A stretch of 64,000 bases of DNA from Candidatus Dormibacteria bacterium (GTDB lineage: Bacteria; Chloroflexota; Dormibacteria; Aeolococcales; Aeolococcaceae), in NCBI GenBank assembly GCA_050011555.1, contig JBEKIT010000005.1:36379-100378 (forward strand), read 5' to 3'. Positions 56,131 to 64,000 of this stretch are shown here, in pieces. The translations under genes were made by a program, and so were the position numbers. Positions within the stretch are counted from its first letter, which is position 1, and each line of letters opens with the position of its first letter. Below the pieces are notes generated by a model. The model worked only from the letters and a program-made list of their open reading frames with translations, was not told the origin of the DNA and searched no databases.

Positions 56131-57464
56131 CAGCTCGCCGCCGGCCCCGGGGGCCGGGTCTCGCCGGAGAGCACGGTGGCGACGAAGGAGGCCACGGTGT
56201 CATCGAGCCCGACGTCGTGGCCGGCCGCCTCGGAGAGGTACCAGCGGTGGTCGAGCACCTGGTGGAAGAGCTCGGCAGGCTCGAGCCGGCCGCGCAGCCG
56301 GCGGGGCACCGCGGCCACCGTCCGCTCGAAGACCTCGGTGAGCCAGCGGCGGGCGGCCGCACTCTCCGAGATGCCGGCAGCACTTCCGCGCTCCAGCTCG
56401 GTGCGGTAGCGGGCGAGGTCGTCGAGGAGGCGACGCGCCTGGTTCTCCTGGACCGCGAGACCGGTCAGCGCCTGCAGGGTCCGGACGTGGTAGCCGGGGT
56501 CGACCACCCGCGGATTGAGCCGCAGGCGGTAGCCACCCTCCTCGGCGAGCACCTCGACCTCCTCGACGGCGAACCCCAGGGCGTTGAGCTGGCGCACCCG
56601 CTCCTCCACGCGGTAGCGCTGGTCGGGCGCGAAGCTCACCTCCTGGGTCAGCTCCCCCCAGAGCCGGCGGTAGCGCCGCTCCATCTCCTCGGCCGTCGCC
56701 AGCGGGTCGAGGCCGTGATCGACCCCCTCCGCGGAGAGGTCGAGCAGCTCGCCGGCCAGGTTCTCGCCGGCCACCACCAGGTCGTGGGATCGCTGCCCGT
56801 CGCTGAGCTGGGGATGCAGCTCGCCAGTCTCGGTGTCGACGACGTAGGCGGCGAGATCTCCCGCGTCGAGGCGAAAGAGGGTGTTGGAGAGGGAGCAGTC
56901 ACCCCAGAAGAAGCCGACCACGTGCAGGCGGACCAGCAGGTTGACCAGGGCGTCCAGCAGTCGGTCGGCCGACCCTCCCAGCTCCGACCCGGTCTGCAGC
57001 GCCCGGCGATAGGGGAGCGAGAAGCCGAGGTGCCGGGTGATCAGCACCGCCTCCAGCTCGGAGCGAGCTCCACGAGGGCCGCCCGCCACGCGCCCGGTCC
57101 CACGACCGGTCACGAGGGCGGCGACCTCGACCACCGGGATCAGCAGCCGGTCGAGCTCGGCGAGCAGCCGGTACTCGCGCTCCGCCAGCCTGGTGGGAAG
57201 CTCCTTCAACGCATAGATTGCCTCCCCATACCGGACGAACCGAACCACGTGCCGAGATATCCCGCGGGGGACGTCGACCAGGCGGTCGTGCCGCCAGCTT
57301 TCCAGCGCGAGCTGCCAGGGCAGATCGAGGAAGTCGGGGTGACCAACCCGTCGCATCATCTGAAAGGTGGCGCCCCGACCGCTCGTCCTGCCCAAGGCTT
57401 CCAACTCCCGGTCGACGGCCCACAACGAGTGATGGCCCGGGACCCTCTCCGGGTCCCGGGCCAC
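56130..57464 (-). CDS. Protein-kinase-like fold protein (Kdo/WaaP LPS-kinase-like domain + DUF4032-like C-terminal region)
   Basis: Catalytic-loop-like LHVVGFFWGDCSLSNTLFRLD (compare HGDlhxxNxl) and a DFG-like AYVVDTETGEL. About 440 aa. The start is ambiguous: GTG at 57464 is immediately followed by a 12-bp palindrome, and an alternative start is MMRRVGHP at about 57359. Confidence 0.5.
   Translation of the reverse strand: MARDPERVPGHHSLWAVDRELEALGRTSGRGATFQMMRRVGHPDFLDLPWQLALESWRHDRLVDVPRGISRHVVRFVRYGEAIYALKELPTRLAEREYRLLAELDRLLIPVVEVAALVTGRGTGRVAGGPRGARSELEAVLITRHLGFSLPYRRALQTGSELGGSADRLLDALVNLLVRLHVVGFFWGDCSLSNTLFRLDAGDLAAYVVDTETGELHPQLSDGQRSHDLVVAGENLAGELLDLSAEGVDHGLDPLATAEEMERRYRRLWGELTQEVSFAPDQRYRVEERVRQLNALGFAVEEVEVLAEEGGYRLRLNPRVVDPGYHVRTLQALTGLAVQENQARRLLDDLARYRTELERGSAAGISESAAARRWLTEVFERTVAAVPRRLRGRLEPAELFHQVLDHRWYLSEAAGHDVGLDDTVASFVATVLSGETRPPGPAAS
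57434..57462 (-). terminator. Strong GC hairpin (12-bp perfect inverted repeat GGCCCGGGACCC/GGGTCCCGGGCC, 5-nt loop) downstream of the SBP gene
   Basis: Seen directly in the sequence. It lies 16 nt after the SBP stop on the transcribed strand. This looks like the intercistronic attenuator or stabiliser often found after SBP genes in ABC operons. Confidence 0.45.
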
Positions 57465-57477
57465 CGCGTCGAGGATG

Positions 57478-58857
57478 TCAGTGGCCCAGCGCGGCTGTGG
57501 CCTGCGACTGCATGGTCGCCTCGATGGAGGAGATGTTGGAGGCGCTCGGGTTGCCGACGAAGTTCTTCATGTCGCTCCAGAGGTCGCTCTCCCAGCTGCC
57601 CTGGAGGTCGTCAAGGCTGAAGACGAAGGCAGTGGCGTCGACCAGCCCCTTGGCGTCGGCCTGGGAGACCGGGTCGGGGTAGGAGCTGAGCGGCACCTGG
57701 TTGTTCGGCGAGGCGAAACCGCCGGCGTGGGCCCAGATCTCAGCGCCCTCGGGACCGGCCAGATACTTGATCAGGGCCTCGGCCTGGGGAGTCTCATTGA
57801 GCAGCATGCCCACGTCACCCGAACCCTGGACGGCGCTCGCGTTGGCGCTGTCCGCCGCCGGGGCCGGGAAGGGGAAGAAGCCGTAGCAGCCTGCGGCGGT
57901 CGACGACGGGGTGCAGCCGCTCGCGGTAGGGCTGGACACCGGGGTGTAGGTGCTGGAGTTGGCGGTGATCTCCGAGACCACGAAGTCGGCCTCGATCACC
58001 ATCGCCGCCTGGGGCTGCGTGCCCTCCTTGGGGAAGACCTTGTCGACGCATTCGGGGTAGGTCTGGCTCAGCGCGCCGGAGGTGCCGCCCAGCAGGAAGG
58101 ACGGCTGGCCCACGACCTGCGCCATGGTGGTGAAGGCGGTGGTCACGCTGGGGTCGGTCCACGGGATGTTGTGGGCGGCCAGGCTGTCGTACTTAGTGGC
58201 ACCGGCCGTCTTGAGGTAGACGTTCTGCCAGAGGTCGGCGATCGGCCAGCCGATGTCGGAGCACAGCGAGAACGGAGTGATGCCCGCCGCCTGGAGCGTG
58301 GTCGCGTCGGAGACCAGCTGCTCCCAGGTGGTCGGCGTCGAGGTGAGCCCGGCAGCGGCGAACTCGGCCGGGTTGTACCAGATCGTGTTCTTGTTGGCTC
58401 CCTTGAACCACACCCCGTAGAGGGTGCCGTTGTGACTTGCCAGCGTGTTCCAGGCGCTGCTGTAGTTGTTCACCAGGTTGCCCAGGATGCTGGCCAGCGG
58501 CTTGATCTTGCCCTCACCCGCCAGCGTGTTCAGCTCACCGGGGTCGGGCACCAGGGCAACGTCCGGCGGCGCCCCGCCGGCGATCGACGCGTTGAGCGCC
58601 TCGTCCATGTTGCTGCCCTTGCCGGTGTAGTTGATGGTGATCCCGGTCTCGTTCTCGAAGGGGGTCATCGCGGCCAGGAAGTCGTCCTGCTCGGTGCTCG
58701 TCCACTCCGCCCACACGGTGACCGAGCCACCGATGTGCGACGACGACGCCGAGGCCGACGGCGTGGTCGACGAGGAGGTCGAGCCACACGCAGCCACTCC
58801 AAGGGTCACCAGAGCCGTCGCGGTGGCGAGGCGGCTCATTGGTTGTAGATGTCTCAT
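57478..58857 (-). CDS. ABC transporter substrate-binding lipoprotein (family 1, carbohydrate)
   Basis: Lipobox LVTLGVAAC, a Ser/Thr-rich linker, then VTVWAEWTSTEQDDF...ITINYTGKGSN. 459 aa. Confidence 0.85.
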   Translation of the reverse strand: MRHLQPMSRLATATALVTLGVAACGSTSSSTTPSASASSSHIGGSVTVWAEWTSTEQDDFLAAMTPFENETGITINYTGKGSNMDEALNASIAGGAPPDVALVPDPGELNTLAGEGKIKPLASILGNLVNNYSSAWNTLASHNGTLYGVWFKGANKNTIWYNPAEFAAAGLTSTPTTWEQLVSDATTLQAAGITPFSLCSDIGWPIADLWQNVYLKTAGATKYDSLAAHNIPWTDPSVTTAFTTMAQVVGQPSFLLGGTSGALSQTYPECVDKVFPKEGTQPQAAMVIEADFVVSEITANSSTYTPVSSPTASGCTPSSTAAGCYGFFPFPAPAADSANASAVQGSGDVGMLLNETPQAEALIKYLAGPEGAEIWAHAGGFASPNNQVPLSSYPDPVSQADAKGLVDATAFVFSLDDLQGSWESDLWSDMKNFVGNPSASNISSIEATMQSQATAALGH

Positions 58858-59117
58858 CAGGGATCTCCTCTCCGTTGCTCAGCGCATGCGAGCCGCCCGC
58901 CTGGCGGGCCTTCACCTCTGTGGGCACCCTAACGTTCGCGATGCGCTCCCACTATGAGCCGAATGGACAGAGAGTCCTGTCCCCCAACCGGGTGATGGGC
59001 GAACGCCGTCGGCCGGGCTAGCATCTGCCGCACGCCGACGCGCATGCGGCGACACCGGGGACCACCCGGTGGAAGCGGGTGCGCGCCTCCATGAGCCGGG
59101 CGAGGAGGGTGTCGATC

Positions 59118-60596
59118 ATGGCCGCGCTGCCGCGTCGTCGCAGCCTGGTGCTACGCCATGCAGTGGCCACGCCCGCCGCGGAGCCGGGCGGTGCCGCGAC
59201 TGCCGCCGACGCGCTGGCGGAAACGGGCCGGCCGCCCGGCGGAGGCTGGCGGAGCCACCTCGGCTCGATAGTCTTCCTCGCACCGGCGGCCATCTGGCTG
59301 GCCGTCATCGTTGGCTACCCGCTGGTGGAGAGCATCCGCGACAGCTTCTATGACAACTCCTCGACCAGCTTCGTCGGGCTGGCCAACTACAGGACGGTCT
59401 TCTCCACCGCCGACATCCTGGTCACCTTCCGCAACAACGTGATCTGGGTGGTGGTGGCCCCCTTCCTGCTCACCTTCCTGGGGCTGGTGTTCGCGGTGCT
59501 CACCGAGCGCATCCGCTGGGCGACCGCCTTCAAGACCGTGGTCTTCATGCCCATCGCCTTCAGCATGACCGCATCCGGTCTGGTCTGGAACAGCATCATG
59601 AACATCGACCCGCACATCGGGATGGTGAACGCGACCATGGAGACGGTCAGCGACTGGTTCAGCCCTCCCGGGCTCTACCCGGTCGACACCTCGGCGGGGC
59701 AGAGCGTGGCCAGCCTGGCCGCGACCGGGCTGCGGGCCGGCCCCGGCGGGACCCTGGAGAGCAGGGCGCTGGTGTCGCCGGGAAGCACGGCGTTGCTCGG
59801 GATGATCGGCATCAGCCCGGAGACCCTCCAGTTGGTCGGCGCCCAGAAGGCGGAGACGCCGTCGGCGGCAGCGGGCGCGGTCAGCGGCCTGGTGTGGCGT
59901 GACTTCTCCCCGAGTCACCCCACCGCGCGGGGCCAGGTGCTCCCCGACGAGGACGGCATCGCCGGGCTGAGCCTCAGTCTGGTGAGCAGCACCGGCAGCA
60001 GCGTCGGAACCACCCAGACCGACGCGCATGGCGACTTCCGCTTCACCGGCGTCAGCGCCGGGAGCTACCGGGTGGAGGTCGCCTCCGGCAACTTCTCCTC
60101 CGGCTTCACCGGCATCTACTGGCTGAGCGGCACCCAGTCGATAACGCCCACCAGCGGCCTCAACCAGACCGCCCAGGCGCTGCTCAGCATCCCCCTCGTG
60201 GACATGTCGATGATCATCGCCTACCTCTGGATCTGGGCCGGGTTCGCGATGGTGATCATCGGCGCGGGCCTGGCAGCCATCAACCGTGAGGTGCTGGAGG
60301 CGGCGCGCATCGACGGCGCCACCGAGTGGCAGACCTTCCGGCGCGTCACCATGCCCATGCTCGCGCCGGTGCTGATTGTGGTGTTCGTGACCATGATCAT
60401 CAACGTCCTCAAGATCTTCGACATCATCATCAACATGGCACCCTCGGTGTCCCAGGCCAACACCCTGGCCACCGAGCTCTACAACGTGGGATTCGCGTCG
60501 TCGCCGCCTGCCAACGGGATAGCCAGCGCCATCGCGGTGATCCTCTTCCTCCTGGTGGTGCCGGTGATCTACATCAACCTGCGGAGGATCCGGTGA
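59118..60596 (+). CDS. Carbohydrate ABC transporter permease (MalF-like) with a ~150-aa extracytoplasmic Ig-like (Cna-B/SdrD-B/CarboxypepD_reg-like) insertion
   Basis: TM core with the EAA-type motif (AARIDGATEWQTFRRVTMPMLAP). The insert between TM helices contains LPDEDGIAGLSLSLVSSTGSSVGTTQTDAHGDFRFTGVSAGSYRVEVASGNF, a beta-sandwich signature. Confidence 0.8.
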   Translation: MAALPRRRSLVLRHAVATPAAEPGGAATAADALAETGRPPGGGWRSHLGSIVFLAPAAIWLAVIVGYPLVESIRDSFYDNSSTSFVGLANYRTVFSTADILVTFRNNVIWVVVAPFLLTFLGLVFAVLTERIRWATAFKTVVFMPIAFSMTASGLVWNSIMNIDPHIGMVNATMETVSDWFSPPGLYPVDTSAGQSVASLAATGLRAGPGGTLESRALVSPGSTALLGMIGISPETLQLVGAQKAETPSAAAGAVSGLVWRDFSPSHPTARGQVLPDEDGIAGLSLSLVSSTGSSVGTTQTDAHGDFRFTGVSAGSYRVEVASGNFSSGFTGIYWLSGTQSITPTSGLNQTAQALLSIPLVDMSMIIAYLWIWAGFAMVIIGAGLAAINREVLEAARIDGATEWQTFRRVTMPMLAPVLIVVFVTMIINVLKIFDIIINMAPSVSQANTLATELYNVGFASSPPANGIASAIAVILFLLVVPVIYINLRRIR

Positions 60597-61516
60597 TGAG
60601 CGCGGTGCAGACCGTCAGCCAGCCGATGGCGCTGAGGGCCAGACGGATCGCCATCCGCTTCCGGCCCACGCGCATGGTGCTCAACGTCATCCTGGGCCTG
60701 ATCGCCATCTTCTGGCTGGTGCCCACCGTGAGCCTGCTGGTCATCTCCCTCCGCCCCGCGTCGTCCTTCGGGGTCTCGGGCTGGTGGACGGTGTTCACCG
60801 CGCCGACCCAGCTCACCCTACAGAACTACCGGTCGCTGTTCTCCACGGGGCTGGCGACGGGAGGCATTCTCGATTCGGTCGTCACCACGGCGCTGATCAC
60901 GGTGCCCGCCACCATCCTGGTCACCGTCATCGCCAGCCTGGCCGCCTACTCGCTGGTCTTCGGTCGGTGGCGCGGCCGCTCCGCCGTCTTCATGGTCATC
61001 GTCGGGCTACTGGTCGTCCCGGTGCAGATCGCCCTCATCCCGGTGGCCCAGCTCTACGACGCCTTCGGGCACCTCTCCGGTTTCAATCCCTACGGCACGC
61101 TGCCCGGGGTGATCATCTTCCACGTCGCCTTCGGGCTGCCGTTCGGGATCTTCCTGATGCGCAACTTCTACACCGGGATTCCCAAGGACCTGCTCGAGGC
61201 CGGCAGGATCGACGGCGCCGGCGAGTGGACGCTGTTTCGCCGGGTGGTGCTGCCGCTGGGACTGCCGGCGGCCGCATCGCTCGCCATCTTTCAATTCATC
61301 TGGGTGTGGAACGACCTGCTGGTGGGGCTGGTGTTCCTGGGCGGCAATCCGCACCACACGCTGACCATCTACCTCTACAGCTTCACCCGGACCCTGGCCA
61401 ACGACTACTGGGTGATCGCGACCGGCGGGATCATCTCGATCCTGGTCCCGCTCATCGTCTTCTTCTCCTTCCAGCGTTATTTCGTCCGCGGCGTGCTCGC
61501 CGGGGCGGTCAAGTGA
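60596..61516 (+). CDS. Carbohydrate ABC transporter permease (MalG-like)
   Basis: The ATG overlaps the upstream TGA (TGATG). 6 TM segments. EAA motif EAGRIDGAGEWTLFRRVVLPLGLPA. Confidence 0.85.
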   Translation: MSAVQTVSQPMALRARRIAIRFRPTRMVLNVILGLIAIFWLVPTVSLLVISLRPASSFGVSGWWTVFTAPTQLTLQNYRSLFSTGLATGGILDSVVTTALITVPATILVTVIASLAAYSLVFGRWRGRSAVFMVIVGLLVVPVQIALIPVAQLYDAFGHLSGFNPYGTLPGVIIFHVAFGLPFGIFLMRNFYTGIPKDLLEAGRIDGAGEWTLFRRVVLPLGLPAAASLAIFQFIWVWNDLLVGLVFLGGNPHHTLTIYLYSFTRTLANDYWVIATGGIISILVPLIVFFSFQRYFVRGVLAGAVK

Positions 61517-61526
61517 GGCAGCTACC

Positions 61527-62624
61527 ATGTCCCGTGTCGTCCTCAAGGACCTGACCAAGCGGTACGCCGGCGGCAACCTCGCGGTCGACCGGCTCAACCT
61601 GGAGGTGGCTGACGGCGAGTTCGTCTGCCTGGTGGGGCCCTCCGGCTGCGGCAAGACCACGGCGCTCCGGATGATCGCCGGCCTGGAGGACATCTCCAGC
61701 GGGCAGGTGATGATCGGTGAGAAGGTGGTCAACCTGCTGCCCCCGCGCGACCGTGACATCGCCTTGGTCTTCCAGAGCTACGCCCTCTACCCGCACATGA
61801 GCGTGTACGACAACATGGCCTTTGGCCTGCAGCTGCGCAAGACGCCCAAGCCGCAGATCGCGACCGCGGTGCGCGAGGCGGCCCGCATCCTCGACCTGGA
61901 GCGCTTCCTGGACCGCAAGCCCGGCCAGCTCTCCGGCGGCCAGCGCCAGCGCGTGGCCCTGGGGCGGGCCATCGTCCGCGAGCCCGCCGTCTTCCTGATG
62001 GACGAGCCGCTCTCGAACCTGGACGCCAAGCTGCGCGTGCAGACCCGGGCCGAGATCGCCCGGCTCCATCAGCGGCTGCAGGCGACCATGATCTACGTGA
62101 CCCACGACCAGGTCGAGGCGATGACCATGGCCGACCGCATCGCGGTGATCAGCGAGGGCGTACTCCAGCAGGTGGGGACGCCCAAGGAGCTGTACGAGAA
62201 GCCGAACAACCGGTTCGTGGCCGGCTTCATCGGCTCGCCGTCGATGAACTTCGTCGAGCTCAACGTGGAAGCGGATGGGGGCTCGCGCCTGGTCGGCGGT
62301 GGCGCCCAGGTGATCCTCGACGATGCCCAGCGGGCGCGGCTGCGCGACCAGGGGCTGGCGACGACCACCGTGGGCTTCCGGCCCGAGCACCTGCGGGTCG
62401 GGGAGCCGGAGGGTCCGGGCCTGCGTCTCTCGGCAAAGATCGACGTGGTGGAGTTCCTGGGCAACGACGAGCTGATCCACGCCGTCTCCGAGGGCAAGGA
62501 CGTGGTCGCCATCGTCGAGGCGGACGCCCGGCTCGCGGTCGGGGACACCGTGGTCCTCTCGGCGGACCCCCGCCACGTGTACCTCTTCAACCCCCAGACC
62601 GAGCTGAGCCTGAGCGCGGGCTGA
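61527..62624 (+). CDS. Sugar ABC transporter ATP-binding protein (MalK/UgpC type)
   Basis: Walker A GPSGCGKTT, the signature LSGGQRQRVALGRA, Walker B VFLMDEPLSNLD, and a C-terminal TOBE/MalK regulatory domain. Confidence 0.9.
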   Translation: MSRVVLKDLTKRYAGGNLAVDRLNLEVADGEFVCLVGPSGCGKTTALRMIAGLEDISSGQVMIGEKVVNLLPPRDRDIALVFQSYALYPHMSVYDNMAFGLQLRKTPKPQIATAVREAARILDLERFLDRKPGQLSGGQRQRVALGRAIVREPAVFLMDEPLSNLDAKLRVQTRAEIARLHQRLQATMIYVTHDQVEAMTMADRIAVISEGVLQQVGTPKELYEKPNNRFVAGFIGSPSMNFVELNVEADGGSRLVGGGAQVILDDAQRARLRDQGLATTTVGFRPEHLRVGEPEGPGLRLSAKIDVVEFLGNDELIHAVSEGKDVVAIVEADARLAVGDTVVLSADPRHVYLFNPQTELSLSAG

Positions 62625-62745
62625 GCTGACCGCCACGACGGGTCTCCCCGTGCCGGAGCCGCCGGCCCCGATCCCGAGCGCGCCGGTTTCGCCGGGCGAC
62701 CGGGTCAGGCATGATGATGGTGCGGCACGGCGGCTGGGGTGAGCG

Positions 62746-63405
62746 ATGGAGCCCTACCTGGAGATCTGGAGGCGTTCGGGGCGAGAGGTCGCCGTCCTCG
62801 GCGGGGAGGCGGTGACCATCGGCCGCGGCCAGCAGACGGCGGTGCGGCTCGCCGACGACGCCGAGGTCTCACGCCTCCACGCCGTCATCGAGAAGGTGGC
62901 CTCGGGGTGGAGCGTGCGCGACCTGGGCAGCCGCAACGGGACCTACGTGAACGCCGAGCGCATCCTCGGGGAGCGGGTGCTCCGCCCCGACGACGAGATC
63001 CAGATGGGCGGGGTGCGGATCTTCTTCCGGGCGGAGGACGTCGCCGGGAGCATGACCGTCACCCGCGCCCTCAGCCGGGCCCCAGAGCTCACCCGGCGCG
63101 AGCAAGCGGTCCTGAAGGCGCTCTGCCGGCCGGTCGCCTTCGGCGACATGTTCACCGAGCCGGCCTCGGTGCGCCAGATGGCCGTCGCCCTCCGGGTCAC
63201 CGAGACCGCGGTCAAGTACCACCTGGGCAACCTCTACGTGAAGTTCGGCATCGCCGACGAGGGGGATCGGCGCCGGGTGCGCCTCGCCAACGAGGCGATC
63301 CGGCGGGGAGCGGTGGCCCTCTCCGCGATGATCTCCGGCAGCCACGGGCCCGGCGGCACCGAGGCCACGCCCGGAGAGGATCCGCAGCACGCCGGGAGGC
63401 GGTGA
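62746..63405 (+). CDS. FHA-domain + LuxR/GerE-HTH fusion regulator
   Basis: FHA: VTIGRGQQTAVRLADDAEVSRLHAVIEKVASGWSVRDLGSRNGTYVN. GerE HTH: LTRREQAVLKALCRP...ASVRQMAVALRVTETAVKYHLGNLYVKFGI. Confidence 0.8.
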   Translation: MEPYLEIWRRSGREVAVLGGEAVTIGRGQQTAVRLADDAEVSRLHAVIEKVASGWSVRDLGSRNGTYVNAERILGERVLRPDDEIQMGGVRIFFRAEDVAGSMTVTRALSRAPELTRREQAVLKALCRPVAFGDMFTEPASVRQMAVALRVTETAVKYHLGNLYVKFGIADEGDRRRVRLANEAIRRGAVALSAMISGSHGPGGTEATPGEDPQHAGRR

Positions 63406-63429
63406 CGCCCGACGCTCAGCGCGACCGGG

Positions 63430-64000
63430 TCAGCGCAGGCGGGGGCCCGCCGTCCGGCCGGCGGGCTGCCCGGCAACGTGCGCCGCGCGCACCGGGGTCG
63501 CCCGGGGTCCCGCGGACGCCACCCGCCGCCCGGTGCCGGGGGCCCGGGCCGCCGCCCATAGGGAGGCGATGAGGGCCGACGCGGAGGCGGGCCGCCGGCT
63601 CGGGTCGACCGCCAGCCCGGCCCTGAGCTCGGCCTCGAGGGCGGTGGCGAGGTCGGGATCGATCCGCCCCCAATCGGGCGCCTCGGCCAGCCGGGGTGGA
63701 TGGCCGGTGAGGAGGGCGAGGGTGGTGGCGGCAAGGCTGAAGACGTCCGAGGCGGGGGTCGGCGGCGCCCCGGCCAGCATCTCGGGGGCCATGAACCCGG
63801 GGCTGCCCACCACCTGGCGCGTCCCGCCGGCGTCGCCGGCTTCCCGGGGGAGCTCGTGGCGCTGCGAGATGCCGAAGTCGACCAGGATGGCGCGGCCCTC
63901 CGGCCCCGCGGTGAGGATCACATTGCCGGGCTTGACGTCACCGTGGACGGTCACCGGGTTCTGGCCGTGGAGGTGGTCGAGAACCTCAGCGACCTGCCCC
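63430..64000 (-). CDS. Ser/Thr protein kinase (C-terminal part; 5' end beyond window)
   Basis: Catalytic loop VHGDVKPGNVIL, DFG as VDFGIS, and APE as GSPGFMAPE. A Pro/Ala-rich C-terminal tail follows. Confidence 0.8.
   Translation of the reverse strand, partial: GQVAEVLDHLHGQNPVTVHGDVKPGNVILTAGPEGRAILVDFGISQRHELPREAGDAGGTRQVVGSPGFMAPEMLAGAPPTPASDVFSLAATTLALLTGHPPRLAEAPDWGRIDPDLATALEAELRAGLAVDPSRRPASASALIASLWAAARAPGTGRRVASAGPRATPVRAAHVAGQPAGRTAGPRLR

Noticed and set aside
55061-56383. N-terminal 440-codon extension of the GH13 ORF (971 aa)
   Set aside because: It overlaps the beta-propeller gene in another frame and is Arg/Pro/Gly-rich. ATG at 55060 gives the canonical GH13 N-terminus (WWRDAVLYHVYVRSF).

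Overview
This is a 64 kb window of high-GC DNA (about 70% GC by eye, strong GC3 bias), consistent with a high-GC Gram-positive (actinobacterial-type) chromosome. It is densely coded. I found no CRISPR array, rRNA, transposase or integrase genes.

Many neighbouring genes are translationally coupled through 4-nt GTGA or ATGA stop/start overlaps, and GTG starts are frequent. The six-frame track is full of long spurious ORFs, typical of high-GC DNA. I called genes from recognisable protein motifs and frame consistency and rejected those ORFs.

Main content, left to right:
- A partial tandem-domain YbjQ-like gene, then a GH15 glucoamylase/trehalase-type hydrolase.
- A complete histidine operon on the minus strand in the order hisZ, hisG (short form), hisD, hisB, hisH, hisA, hisF, hisI. 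hisC and hisE are not in the cluster.
- An isoaspartyl peptidase/asparaginase, a large LuxR-type (LAL) NTPase regulator, an orphan ParA ATPase with a small coupled partner ORF, a secreted S53 (sedolisin-type) peptidase, DUF503, an MFS transporter and a HelY/Ski2-like helicase.
- A membrane-anchored Kelch-repeat protein, followed by an accessory-looking stretch:
  - a tightly coupled three-gene operon of a UDG-superfamily protein, a nucleoside-2-deoxyribosyltransferase-like protein and a class-I glutamine amidotransferase;
  - an SCO1664-family kinase-like protein;
  - an ECF42-type sigma factor with three YciI/DGPF copies.
- tRNA-Arg(CCG), DUF72, a HemK-like methyltransferase, an HAD-IB hydrolase, an RDD–CPBP protease fusion and a MocR/PNPOx/EamA unit.
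- A DedA – dNMP 5'-nucleotidase (NT5C) – standalone LigD polymerase-domain operon. An ATP-dependent DNA ligase sits about 2 kb away, separated by an NmrA-like SDR and an ECF41-type sigma factor. No Ku gene is in the window.
- BON, DoxX, GNAT, membrane-flavodoxin, LLM/F420 oxidoreductase and an atypical receiver domain protein.
- A TetR regulator with two palindromic operators, a 3x internally repeated membrane protein and an SDR pseudogene remnant.
- A carbohydrate locus: GH13 alpha-glucosidase, a beta-propeller protein, an LPS-kinase-like/DUF4032-like protein and an ABC sugar transporter whose first permease carries an Ig-like insert.
- An FHA–LuxR regulator convergent with a partial Ser/Thr kinase.

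The candidates I rate highest for new biology are the UDG–NDT-like–GATase operon and the NT5C–PolDom coupling.
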